From Paraspadella gotoi (lineage: Eukaryota > Animalia > Chaetognatha), in contig CM119269.1 of the NCBI GenBank assembly GCA_051294375.1, positions 11,638,883 through 11,702,882 of the forward strand: DNA of 64,000 nt, written 5' to 3'. A model generated the notes under the pieces. The model was not told the DNA's origin and did not search any database. It saw only the letters and a program-made list of their open reading frames with translations. The position numbers and the translations under genes were made by a program. Shown here piece by piece: positions 23,674 to 37,997 of the stretch (positions are counted from its first letter, which is position 1; every line of letters starts with the position of its first letter).

Positions 23674-25049
23674 AAACAAGTTTGAGCAAACAATGCCGGA
23701 TCTCCCCACGATCATTAGTGGTAAGCTGCTGATCAGGTAATTAATTAATTAATATTAATTTTTTTTATTCGTGCCAAAATCGTTTTCCACTTTGTCTCGC
23801 CTCTCAATCATAAAACGACAATCTCGATCACGAAATTAATTAATTAATTACTTATTTATTAATAATTAATTAATGCAGCTTGAATTTATATTTAATATAA
23901 AAATAATAAAAGCATAATCAAATAGTGAAATAGATTTTTTCATTTTAACTCATTTCCACTCGGACGATTCCATCGAAACTTTATTTCCTACTCAATCACA
24001 CACTTTCCTACCCACTAAGGCGTAGTGAAAGTTACATACGAAAATTCTAAAAATCAAGAATGAACAACATACCATCAGTGAACATTAATTTATAAAAAAA
24101 ATTAATTTTATGTTTTTTAATTTTCGCAGTAGGCTATATTTATATATAGTACTATCCTTATAAAATCGAAAAATTTCAAAATAAGCTTTTCTTAATTTTG
24201 ATTGCAGATTTGAATTTCTAGTCTAAAGTTGATGAAAGAAAATATAAATCATTTGTAAAAATTATTTCATTAAGTGGATTAAAAATTAAAAAAACCATAT
24301 TTAATATATAAAAAATTATTTTTCAGCTTAAAATATAGCTTTTTCTAATTTTTGACCCACTTAATGAAGGAATTTTTCAAAAAGAGTTATATTTCTTTTT
24401 ATCAACTTTTTATGACAAATCCAAATCTGCCAAAAAATCTTAGAAAAAACTGTTTTGAAATTTTAACATTTATTGGTTTAGTACTAGTATAAATATGGCC
24501 TACTGCGTAAATTGTAAAATTTATTTTAAATTTTTTTTATGCATAAATGTTCATAAGTATAATGTTGTTCGTTCCTCACTTTTAGATTTTTAATTAAAGT
24601 TAAACTTAGGAATTTTACTACGCCTTACTACCCACATACAAAATTTGAAGTCAATCGCCTTATTCACTCATGAGTAATTGTCGTTCAAAACTTCAAATAG
24701 TGAAATATATGTTTTTGTTTTTTCCATTTTAACTCTTCTTCACTTGGACGATTCCAACAAAACTTGAATTATAGCTCAATCACACACTTTCCTATCCACA
24801 CACAAAATTTCAATCCAATCCATCCATCAAATCACGAATAATTGGTGTTTTTTGCTCAGTTGGGACGGACGGACGGACGGACAGACAGACAGACAGAGAG
24901 ACAGACGGACGGACATCATTTTTTTTGCCTAATTTATCATAATTCGATGTTCTGACATGATATAAGTGAATGCCCGACATGATTGGGAGGGCGGACCGAC
25001 AGACAGAATTATAGAGCCGGATTCTGCTGTAAGCAGACCCGGCTAAAAA
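23674..25049 (+). mobile_element. Full-length Helentron/DINE-1-like non-autonomous element
   Basis: Both family termini present; interrupted by the MITE at 24016-24627. Confidence 0.6.
24016..24627. mobile_element. MITE with 8-bp TSD (hAT-like)
   Basis: TIR TAAGGCGTAGTGAAA / TTTTACTACGCCTTA; TSD CTACCCAC at 24008-24015 and 24628-24635. Confidence 0.85.
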
Positions 25050-25152
25050 CGTGTTACTTATGTATCGCTTTTTGAAGATGGTTTCTGATTTCTATCATTG
25101 TCACATCACAGATGAATGAAACCCGGAAACAGAGGAAAAGATTAAGGAAATA

Positions 25153-25194
<42 letters not shown>

Positions 25195-25464
25195 TTAATA
25201 AATTCCACTTTTGGTTTCATGCTGAAATCCCTGTCTTCTTACTTAAATGGTCAATAAAAGAAATGATAAATAATTGTAATTTAAAACTTGAGATTAACCA
25301 AAAGACCAAAATGAGAGTTTTTTCTTTGAACAGTTATGTAGAAACATACTTAATTATCTTAAGTTTAATTCTTTTACGTTGATGGCTTGGCTTTTGAAAA
25401 TGTACAACGAGGATTGAAAATCAAGCATTCTATTTTCAGGAGAGTATTTCTTTTTATTCCCGGT

Positions 25465-25565
25465 ATTGATGCGGTATTATACACACATTGATGCGGTATT
25501 ATACACACATTGATGCGGTATTATACACACATTGATGCGGTACTATACACACATTGATGCGGTAT
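25465..25565. repeat. 22-bp minisatellite
   Basis: ATTGATGCGGTATTATACACAC, about 4.5 copies. Confidence 0.9.
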
Positions 25566-26506
25566 AGTTAATCTCAAACGATCTGAGACTTAAAAAACTG
25601 TTTATCAAGTAAAATTTATTGATATGTTGTGCAATATATAAGCTCCGCATCAATTCAAGATTTGAAAAATAAATTTAAAAACTGCAAAATTAAACTTACT
25701 TCATAAGAAATATAGGAGAGGCACATGAAGTAAATTAGGCCGAGTTCCAGCTGATAATGTTATGAAACATAAGACATAATACCGATACACTAACTGCAAA
25801 GAACAATTTTATATTTTAAAATTTAGTTTTTCTAGCTGGATCAGGGAGTACATGAATAAAAAAATTAAAAAAATGTTTTAATGCTACCCAGTAGGATAAA
25901 CTAAACCTTTAGATATGTTTGGTAAAGGCAGTACAAAAAATCATTAGAGGTGGTTCTATAAAAAAAACCGCACCAAGCAAATTCCTGTGGCCAATGTTGT
26001 TTATGGTAATTAGTGTAAAAATTGACGTCTTTTTCAATGCCCCCCAACTTTTTTTTTCAACAAAAACAGCGATTTAAATTTTGAGTAGAAGGCGTTATAC
26101 ATATATATGAACAAAGGGTAAAAAGGTAAAGATTAAAAAAGAGAGAAAACTTGGAAATAGTCACGAATTTTTATGATTTTTGTATCATTTAACAAATAAT
26201 GATCGCTTTTCGTTAAATCCGAGGAAAAAAAGAACATCGAAGAAATTTTCGATTTAAAAAAAGAACAAATATTAATATTATTAATTATATTTGCGACGGG
26301 AAAAGTTAAAAAAAACAATAACAACAACAAAAAAAAGAAACAACTTTGACTTCGACGAGAAAACATCACTTGATCATCGTAAATTTGAATCTCACAAAAA
26401 AAATTAAAAATTCGTTGGTATAAATGAAAATATTGCTTGGATTAGCATCAGCGTTGGATGGAGTTTCGTAACGTAGAACAAGGAGAATTAGCGATTATGC
26501 GTGTGT

Positions 26507-26564
<58 letters not shown>

Positions 26565-27638
26565 TCACACTTTACTTAGGTGTAAAGGACAAACATCAGG
26601 ATTAAAGCCTATAAATAAATTTAATAAATAGAATTCTGGGAAAAGGAATTAAATATTTGTCAAAAGCGCTGAGGCCGTCGAGAGTCACAAATCGGTTGTA
26701 ATCGAGAAAAAAAACTGATTTTCACAGAATTTTTTAATGTCACGTCTCACAGTCTATAGAAAAAATAGGGTGAGGTAAAAAAAAAAGACATTCGGCTTTT
26801 ATAAGTTCACATTTCTTTTTCAAAATTCACTATTTTTTGCACGAAATTCGCAAAAAAATTGAAATCGGGAGGATAAAATAATATAATAAATAAATATAAT
26901 CAATTCAATATTAAACAAGTGAAGGAAAAAGTTAAAAATTAATAGCGAGAATTTTAAACTGCTGCTTTAAATTAAAATTTTAAGTAAAACGCGTTTTATA
27001 GTTAAAAGTTTTTAAAATTTGACATGTTTCAAATTAAATGTTAATATTTGTTTATCCTTAAAAAATTCGATTTCAACTTTAAGTAATTAGAAATATTGCA
27101 TAGAAGCTTAAGCTTATATTGCATAAGCTTAAGCTCAACTAAAGTGACCTTAACGATTGAGATTTGTAAGAGCTGCCGAGTCGGACTTAGCACGTCGGTA
27201 AAAAACGGAGATAGTTTAAAAATATAGAAATAAAACGGTGATAGTTTAAAAATATAGAAATAGAAAGATAAAAAGAAAGAAAAAAAAGAAAGAAAGAAAA
27301 AAATTTAAAAAAAATAATATTGCAGCAGCTGACGCAAATCGCGATCACAATCTTTTGCTCTTTTCTAAGTACAATAAAATTAGCATACAATATTTTCAAA
27401 AATGTATCATACATGTATGTAATTTATACTTAACTTTTTTCAGCTCTAAAAAAGCTTTCAAAAACTCAAATAATTCCTGTAATTAAAAGTTATAAGTTAT
27501 TCTCAGTAAATTAAATTTTTAAGTTATTTATTATTAAAAATCACGACAGCATCATTGGACAATGAATTTTTTTTGCAAAAAAAGCGAATGTAAAATGTAA
27601 TGCAAAGAAAGTAGGGGGCGTTTATGTAATAGAAAATT

Positions 27639-27675
<37 letters not shown>

Positions 27676-27693
27676 TAGAGAGAGAAGAGAGAG

Positions 27694-27732
<39 letters not shown>

Positions 27733-27735
<3 letters not shown>

Positions 27736-30700
27736 CGGAGGCCGCGATGATCTCTGAGTCGCGACATCAAAAGACTTGCTGAGCATCACTGGACCGGGTC
27801 GTCCGGATGTTCCCGCGGACGTGAGAGGTGATTTCGAATCTGATAAAAAGATAAACAAATGTTAATAACGATAAGCAAATGATAAAAATTAAAAATTAGT
27901 TAAATTATAAAATTATAAATATATATTTCCCTTTTTACTAATTTTCAAGACTTCGTTCCGCCTAAATAAAATTAATACTTAAATTGATATGAGATTTATA
28001 TGAATCACGCTTCTCATGCTGTGAATGTGCAGACTATTTATTTGTGCGTTTAAACTCGAAAAGAAAAAAAAACCTAAAAAAATAAACTAGATATTATATA
28101 TATACTATATATTATATCCAATTTATACAAGCACGAGATACTTTACAAATGTCTCGATGAGAAGAAGTCTCTTATAAGTGATTAGTGAATCATGAGTGAA
28201 TTATCGGTAATTGTTCGTTAAATATGTTCAGTGAGTGAAAATTATATTTAGTTTTTATTGCAAACTTGGACGTACTAGTCTCTACTTCTTTGGGTATTTT
28301 TGCGTAAATAACAACATTCTGTACCTCATAAAATAAAAGCTTTTAATTATATATATATTTTTTAAAGTTAACAAAACTTAATACTCATCAAAATGATAAA
28401 TGCATTCATGGAACGGTGAAAAGTTAGAAAGTGTCGAAAAAATTTAAACTAAAATTTAACCTCTCTCTCTCTCTCTCCCTTCTCTCCTGTGGTTCTCATA
28501 AAGAAGTAAAATCTTAAAAATATTATAGTATGTATTTTTAATAAAATAATTGTTATTATCACGCCCAATTTACGGGAATCACTCTGTTAGTATAAATTAC
28601 GAGTGCGCTTAAATTACAAATATCATATAAATATCTACTTACGAGGCCTTAAACAGTGAACGTTCCTAAAATACAAATCACAATCGAAAAAATAATTCAC
28701 TTCGTTAAAAAAATGGCTTAGTCAAAAAACCAAACAAAAATATTTTTCTCATAAGCGAAAGAGAGAAAAACGGAGAGTCCCTCGGACAATCAATCGCCCG
28801 TAGCAGACGTAGCAGACGTAGCAGACGTGGTGGCAGACGTGAGTGACAGCTGCGCAAGATTTCTAGATTCTAAATCGAACTGAGGACCAATCTCTTCTTG
28901 CTTTACCGACCTCGAATCTGACAGCTATTCCCGCCAAAATGATTTTCCCAGCGTTACAATGACAAAATTTTTTTTTTAAATACAGACAAAAGGTTAACAT
29001 AAACAAACAAAAAAATCTTACCGTTCAAATTGAGATCGGGAACTTGAAATTCTTTCGTCGATCCGATGGCTCCTTCTGGAGAAAGGATCGTCGGCTCTGT
29101 AAAGTAATAAATAAACCAGTGGCTGCGCCAATACATGTAAATCGCTTTCAAAGGCTTAAACTGAATTGTTACTGCGGCAATAATAATATTTTTTTAAATT
29201 TGCATCATTTTTTAACTTTTTCATTTTTTCAACTTGTATTACTTTTCAGCTTGTATCAGTTTTTTAGCTTGTATTATTTTTTTAGCTTTTATCATTTTTT
29301 TAGCGTTTATCATTTTTTCAACTTGCATCATTTTTCAACTTGCATATTTTTTTCAACTTGCATATTTTTTTCAACTTGCATACTTTTTTCAACTTGCATA
29401 CTTTTTTCAACTTGCATAATTTTTTCAACTTGCATAATTTTTCAACTTGTATAATTTTTTCATTTTGCATAATTTTTTCAACTTGCATAATTTTTTCAAC
29501 TTGCATAATTTTTTCAACTTGCATAATTTTTTCAACATGTATAATTTTTTTAACTTGCATTATTTTTTCAACTTGTAAAATTTTTTTAACTTGCATAATT
29601 TTTTCAACTTGCAGCATTTTTTAAACTTTCAACTATCGAGTTATCAAGTTCCATTAGTGAGGCAGTGAGGAAGTTAAAATGTGTGTCCATTTTTTTGTTT
29701 CATATCGATTCAAATATTTTTATTTGAATTTCCATTTAATAATGATTTACTGCGATATGCAAATTAGATTATAATACTTTTTATTAATTTTTTTGGTAGT
29801 AAGGTCTGGCGAGATCATTATACTTTTAAGATTATGTTGCATGCAGCAAAAGAAGGCCATTTACAATGCAAGCAGCAAGAAAATAATAAAACAGGTAATT
29901 TTGCATATTTTTATATTTTGCAAAAATATAAAAAAAAATTATTTTTAAAAATATTTACAATAAAGAAATCGAAAAAAACACTTGCTATTTTGTTGAAGAG
30001 CAGGTGCAAGTGAAGATCTAGTGGGTGCAGATAAAAATTTTTGAATGTTCCTTTGTCTTACAAAAGGCCTCCTGTTTTGTAAAGCCCTCTAGCAGAATAG
30101 GGTGAAAATACAAAGAAGATTTAATAGGACTGTTCTTTTGTTTCAGAAAAAATATACTAAAACTAAATTTCATTGCTATTTTGTTTTAAAAACGCTCTTT
30201 TGTTTGTGGAGCCATCTGGTTTATTAAGACCAAAACAAGCAAAAATTTGCTATTTTGTGAAAAGCAATGCAAGTGAAGATCTAGTGGGTGCAGACAGAAG
30301 AGCAAATTTCTATAAAAAGTAAAGGGAAAATGCTCATAGTAGAAAAAGTAAGAGACAAATCCCCATAGTAGGTAGAAAAAGTTACAAAGAAGACGGAAAA
30401 AAAAATTGGAAAAAAATATTGGGAATATTGGGAGAAAAAAATTTTCAGGGGGTAAGTAAATAATGAAGTAATAAAATGATGAAATAATGAAATATTGAAA
30501 TAATGAAATATAGAAATAGAGAAATAAAAAATAAAGAATTTTAAAAAAATCATAAATAAATAATATAATTAGCAGTTTCAAAAGTATATTAGATAAAATT
30601 TATATCATTATTTAGCAAGTTATGCCCTCGCTTTCTTTTTTGACCTCACCTTGTCTGATTCTCGTTTTTAAACCTATTCCCCACCTTTCGATACATTTCC

Positions 30701-33700
30701 TCTACTAAATCTAATCTCTCGTTAACACTTCTGCCAAGGGGCCGCCCCTAAATGCTAAAAAAAATTACCCCTAAGTGTACAGTTTTTTCCCACCCCAGGA
30801 GGCTATCCCTAGATATGACCGCCCGGAGTCGCCCCTAGACTAGGCTTTTATTCTGACGGTATACTTGAAAAGATTAAGCGAGTTAACAATATTTTTTTGC
30901 TGCCTCCATATATGTAATTAAAGAAAATCATGCCTCTTTAAAAAAAAATTTAGCATAACAATAATATCCTGTAATAATATCCTTATNNNNNNNNNNTTAC
31001 TTGAATCTTTATATTAAAAATGATGCAAGTTAAAAAAATCTTAAAAGCATAAAGCAATTGCATAAAAAGTGAGAGAGAGAGAGAGAGAGAGAGACAAGGA
31101 GACATAAAATAAAATAAAGGATATTTGTTTGTTTTGATAAAATGTAAACAAAACATATTTAATAACTGTCCTAACCCAATTTTAAGGACATCGATGATGA
31201 TAAGTTGAATATAAATTTAAAATTAATTATTACATATTAAAATTAATTAATTAATTATTCGATTAATTAATTAATTAATTAATCCGACATTGTTTGCTCA
31301 AACTTGTTTTTTTAAATTTTACTAACAGATTCGGATTCGTCAGAAAAAAATAAGAAACTTTTGCGAGCTCCATGAAAGAAGATGGGCCAACCCGGCCAGA
31401 CCCAACATGATGATGTAAGGATGAGAAAAGCCCGCCCCCATTTTTGTAGCAGAGGTAAGGAAATCGCCAGACGTTGCCCAGGCGACGGCGTAAGAGACGC
31501 AAGTAAGATGAACTCGATCTGGTTGCCCCAATTTCCGCGTTCCGGTCCTTAACCTCTGTGGAGAGGAGAGGTCATAGAGTGGTCACAGGGGGTAATTTTT
31601 TTGAAAGTTATAAGGAGGGGAGGGTTATAAAAAATGCTTGGCAATATCGTTCAAGTTCGAGTAGTTTTATTGTCATAAAATACAAAAACAAGATAAGACA
31701 AGACAATGATAATTGATATAGATTATGCAGAGAAGAGGCAGTAAATAATGCTGCTTTGATTCACTCTGCCTCTTCACTATTTTCTGAGGACTAAATTTAT
31801 TTCTTAAATACCTAAAATTAAAGATATAACATATTATAATAAAATTTCGTATTAAATTCATTATATTACGACTCCTTTCTTTTCGTTACGTTTAGAGTTT
31901 TAATGAAAAGGTTTGAATTAGTTCTGTAACGATTTATTTAGTACAAAACGGACATGTTACGGCTTGTTTTTAAACCTCCATCCTCCATGTCCGTTTGTAC
32001 TAAAATAAATTGGTTACAGAAACTATTCAAACCTTTCATTAAATTCGTAATAAATTCTAATATTTCGATATTTACTGAAAGAAAGACATTTGGCGAGTCG
32101 ATTAAAAAAATAACAATTGTTAAATTAGATATTTTTAAAAAAAAAATATATATTTTGCCTTTACGATATAAACAGATAAAAAAATACGAATCACAGACTG
32201 ACCGACCGAAAAAGTCTTTTTTAGAGACGCTGCCTATCGGCGACTTTCAAAAGACGAACGAATCTGGCGGAAGGAATGTCATTGACCTTGAATGTGTTTT
32301 GACCTTGAATGTGTTTGACTTTATGTGTTTGACCTTGAATATGTTTGACCTTGAACAGTACAAGAATCGAGACGCGAAACTCTACAGTCGGCAGTTGCTT
32401 TCGCCAATGGACGGATGGACGGACAGAAGAATGTACTGATAGACTGGCGAATATAGTGAAAAAATCTTAAAGAATAGGAATCTCGCCTACCTTCAATGAT
32501 AACCAAAGATTGATGCGATGATAACCAAATGATTTATGCGATGATAATCAAATATTGATGCGATGAATACCAAAGGATTGATGCGATGATAATCAAAATA
32601 TTGATGCGATGATAACCAATATTGATGCGATGATAACCAAATGATCGATGTGATGATAACCAAATGATTGATGTGATAACAACCAAAATGATTGATGCGA
32701 TGATACCAATAATTGATGCGATGATAACCAAATGATCGATGTGATGAATAACCAAATGATGATGTGATAATAACCAAATGATTGATGCGATGATAGTCAT
32801 TCATGATGTAATGATTATCATTTATGATACGATGATAGATCATTCATTGATGCGATATAGTCATTCCATTTGACGAAAGAATCATTCATCATAAATAAAA
32901 CAAACAAATGCGTGTATGAGTGAAAGAGAGAGAGAAGAGAGAGAGAGAGAGAAGAAAGAGAGAGAGAAAGAAAAGAGATAAATGCACTAAAATTTCGTAT
33001 GTAAATTTGGATTTTGGCATGAGAAAAAAGCGCAGAATAAATGGCGATAATAAAAGTTTTTAAAAGGAAAAAAATAATCAAAATTTTTCAAAAAACGATC
33101 ACGCAAGAGATCGTAAGAGAGAGGAGAGAGACAGAGACACAGAGAGAGAGAGACAGAGAGAGACAGAAAGAGAAAGAAAGAGACAGACAGAGACAGAGAG
33201 AGAAAGAGAGAAAGCTGGACGGCCGCTGGAAGCAGTTGTACAATCACTGCAGAGCCTGAACGTCGTTTTTAAAGGTTCAGAAGAAGCAGCAACTGACAAA
33301 AATAGGAAGAAAAATACATACGTATATAATTTAAAGAAATAAAAGAAAGAAAAAATGTTACAATTGTTTACAATTGGAAATTGTTACAATTTTTTGCCAA
33401 TCATAGCTTTGTTAAAAGATTTTCTTTTTATTTGTATTAAAATTAGATAAACTTCTCATTAAAAAGGTCTTTGATTTCCATTTTATTATAGAAATTTAAA
33501 TTTTTTTTCTTTGAATTTCATCTTCAATATTATATACTGCAATATGTAAATTAGATTAAAGCATTTCTATATACTAATTTGGATATTATAATGAGTCTAT
33601 AATCTCATTTGCATATTACAGTAAATCATAATGAAGTGGAAATTCAAACAAATAATACTTAAATCCAAAATGTAATAAGAAAATATCAAAGCTATTTCAA

Positions 33701-33887
33701 AGATGAGAAGCCATTGTGGTATAATCCTTTCTTTCGTTGTGTAATAATTATTAGAAAATTTTGAAATGAATTTCAACAACGATTTTATTTTTAATAAAAA
33801 ACGGACATGTTTCGCTTAACTACAAGCCTTCATCAGCATTAAAAAAGTTAGTGAATTTGAAACAATTATGTGCATAAAGAAAGAGGT

Positions 33888-33919
<32 letters not shown>

Positions 33920-36103
33920 AGGCAAAGTTTCCAACACAGAGTTAGAAAGGGATAGTGGTCAATTGTGAGGACAGATTTAAGGCTGAAACAAATAGAGCCA
34001 GTTTGTGAAAAGAAATTGAAATGGTGAGCAGAGAGAGAGAGAGAGAGAGAGAAGAGAGAGACGGAGAGAGTGAGGAGAACTGAAAATAATACATTGTGCA
34101 ATGTACAACAAAGATTAAATATTGGTTTAAACTTAATGATCAGTGTTAACAATTAACTTACTGTGAATAAATAAGTTAGTGAGATGAATTGTGAATTTGA
34201 AATGTGAAGGAAATAGAGGTGAGGATAGTTAAGACAAAGGGTCTTCAATTCAAACTTTCAAAATAGGTCAAAATGGAGTACAAATTCAGAAAGCTGAGCT
34301 CCTGGCGATTCCGAACAATGTATTCACTTTAATATTTGATGCATTCTACCCATTTTATATCGGTTTAATTATAATATACAAATTAAAAGAAACCTATCTG
34401 AAGAGTTGCAGGTCAAAACGAAAAAGGCCAATCCATTAATTTTTTATGAATTTTTATTAGTGAATTGAAAAATGTAATAGAGAGACATTTTTAAATTTCA
34501 ACTTGTATCCTTGAAAATGAAACGTTTTTAAACTTTAACCCTGATTCTTTCTAACTGGAACACATTATCAAAATGTCTCTTATAACTTTTCCAAATGTTT
34601 TTAAGATGCTAATCAAATTTTTTAAATCAATATTATTGCAATCTTTAGGCTGCAACTCTTAATGATCAGTTAAATTCAGTGTAGATCGATTTCTTTACCA
34701 TCTATTTAACTAAAGATTTTGTTTAAAGACTGGAAAACCAACAGAGTAACAGAATATAATTGATTAACTTTCCCCTTCTAAATTTGCCTTTATCGTGTTT
34801 TTAACTTCTTACCTAAATTTTTTGACAACCAGATGAAAAACACGAATCTTTAAAAAATGTGCTTACCGATTTAATTTACAATTTTTGTTATTTACGATTT
34901 TAAAAAAAAATATATGTAAAACAGATGTTTTACATATAATAAAAACTTTTTTTGGTGATTACTGGTGATTACGATGTATTTCTCGAGTATTTGCTCTTAG
35001 ATACATCAAAGATTACGATTTGTTAAAGTTGAATGACCTTTCCTCTTAAGCAATTATTATTATAGTTGAAGTATAGAGTTAAGAGAGAGCTCAAAGTGAT
35101 GCCCGCGGTCATACTTGTCGTCTGTAGCGAGCATACGGTAAATACTGGCCATGTATTTAGAGAAAGCGACTGTCTCGTGCTGATCCATGACCCGAAAACT
35201 GGTTCTCAAAGAGGTATTAGAGAGGCAATATACATCAAAGCCCTCGAGCCCTCTTTGATCGTGATGGAGGACGCATTCGACCTCCTCCAAGCTATGATTC
35301 GCTTATCAACACAGCGTGGTGGAGGCCCCGTTCTCCACCACGTCCGCACAATGACTCCCCTGTCTCCAACTCAACGCAGACAGGCGGAGACCCATCTGCG
35401 CAGGCAATGGGCTGACGAGCCTCCTCACTCTGAGAATCCACCTTTCTCTGTGGAGTGAGCGCCGCCCAAGCGACGGCCTGCAGGAGGCCAGCGGCAGTCC
35501 ACTCCCTGTCAGCAAAAGCGGCAAGATGGAAGCGACCCCACCTCGTCAGCAGGCGAGAAGAGGGCAGTCGGCAGGCGTACCAGGCAGAGAGACATCAGAG
35601 TAGCCTTGGGTATCTTCCCGCAAGGAAGCCTCCCTAACGCCGCACACATAGGCTCACGATTTTGTCCTCACAGCCACTGACAGTCATGACCCGACCAATC
35701 GATCAGGCCTTTCATTTGCACAAGCAAGGGGCGCAGCTCCACTTTGAGCTCTATCTTAACTCTTATACTCACTATAATAATAATTTGCTTAACTATCCCT
35801 CACCTCTATTTTCCTTTCACATTTCAAATTTCACAATTTCAATCTTCCACTAACTTATTTATTTCACAGTAGTTTAAATGTTAACACTGATCATTAAGTT
35901 TTAAAACACAATATTTACTTGTTGTACATTGCACAATGTATTATTTTTCAGTTCTCTCACTCTCTCTCTCTCCTTCTCTCTTCTCTCTCTCTTCTCTCTC
36001 ACCATTTCAATTTCTTTTCACAAACTGGCTCTATTTGTTTCACCTTAAATCTGTCCTCACAATTGACCACTATCCCTTCTCAACTCTGTGTTTGGAAACT
36101 TTG

Positions 36104-36144
<41 letters not shown>

Positions 36145-37919
36145 ACTCTTTTTATGCACATAATTTGTTTCAAATTCACTAACTTTTTAATGCTGATGAA
36201 GGCTTGTAGTTAAGCCGAAACATGTCCGTTTTTATTAAAAATAAAATCGTTGTGAAAATTCATTTCAAACTTTTCTAATAGATGAGAAGCCATATCTAAT
36301 TTTTAACTTACTATGATCGCACACTTTTGTAAACTTTATCATAATTCATAATAATTTTTATTTAAAAATTTTATTTAAATTTTTATTAAAAAAAAACGGT
36401 AAGTCCCAGCCAAACCTAGTAGATTTATCGAGCCTACGGCGAAGCCGGTTCAGGCTCGATATTGATTCAGTTCAGCTTCTTTGTGCCGTCGTCGTCGTCG
36501 TCATCGTCGTCGTTGTCGGCGTCACGCTGTTTTTATATAAAAACTACTACGCTTTTATAGGTTTGGCTGGGACTTACCGTTTTTTTTAAATAAAAATTTT
36601 AAATAATAGACAAAAGACCGACGAAACACGATTGACTGACCGACTAACAAATGAATGGACTAATGATGCTAACACCTCACCGCCCTCTGCGCGACTCTGT
36701 TCTCGATCGTGACGCGTCTCGATTTTCCGCCATCTTTGTTTTCCGTCGATTCTATGGACGACGGTGGCGCGCCGACGTCGACGGCGGAACGAGAGACACG
36801 CGAAGTTGCGATTCTTCGTAAGAAGGCGGTGAGGATTTGGAGTCGTCGTTGTTGCTGAGTGAGGAAAAAATAAAAGGACATCATAATATCGATGCTATTT
36901 TCCAAAATCGCCTTTTTTCTGTTCTTAATCCTTAACGTCATTTTAATCTTAATGTCAAACCGGAATTCTTAACCTCATAACCTAATAATCTTAAACCCTA
37001 AACCTAAGCCTTTCCCTTAAACTCTGATATAATATACCTAACCATCTTACCCTAACCCAATCCCGACCCTAACCCTTACTAATCGTTATATTCCTAATAA
37101 TTAATCTATTTTAAATTCAAGCTGAAAATGGGCGTTTTTGGAAAATGTTATCAAAATGGGGAAAAAAACATTTTTGGTTGTTTTGCGAGGTTGAAGTCGC
37201 ACAAGCTTACTTTTCCACCGAAATGGCTGCTTCTTCCATTTTATTTTTTTTTTCAGTCATTTATATTTTTTTATCGAAATTCGTCGCGAAAAAGTAACTT
37301 TAACAGTTTAAATAAATGAGGCTCAAGATTTTTTTTCTATCTCCTTTTTTTGCCTCATCAAATCGAAGAGAGAAAACGTCGCAAACTTTCGTTAAAAAGT
37401 AATTTTTTTAACAAAAAAAAAAGAAAAACTTTTAATAAGATTAAAAGAAAGGCAGGGACGAAAGAAAAAAAATCATTTAAGGGAAAATGATCGATTGGAC
37501 AACTCGTTGAATGAAACTTTGTTTAGTTTTAGACTATTTTTTTGTAATGACAAATATCTTTAGAAGTAAAATTTAAAAAAGAAATAAATAAATAAAAAAC
37601 AGTTTTTCCAATTGATATTTTGAGTAATCGTTTAATTTTCAAAAAAAAAAAAAAAATTACCAAAATTATCATTTTTAATTATAAAAACGTAAATTAACTA
37701 GTGTTCTGATATGGTCTGAGAGGTTTTACATATGATATTTTCTTAAAATTGTTCTAAGCAGTAAATTCACGTGAGCAAAAGAAATTTGAGAAAAAAAAGC
37801 AGAAACCAGTTTCTCCCAAAAAAAGTCATTAAATTGTATCTTAAAACGTAAAGTCGGCCAGAAGAAATAAGCGGTGATACGGTGTGAGAGATGAAGATAT
37901 CCAAAATTTTTGAGAGAGG

Positions 37920-37997
<78 letters not shown>

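Larger units (their letters stand above)
33715..36279 (+). mobile_element. 5'-truncated Penelope-like element with inverted pLTRs
   Basis: TSD AGATGAGAAGCCAT (33701-33714, 36280-36293); arms 33748-35098 and 35740-36280; ~33-nt tail; GIY-YIG remnant in the spacer; hammerheads in both arms. Confidence 0.88.

Noticed and set aside
25465-25565. CRISPR-like repeat (also 32495-32860)
   Set aside because: Head-to-tail units with no unique spacers, in a eukaryotic context with no cas genes.
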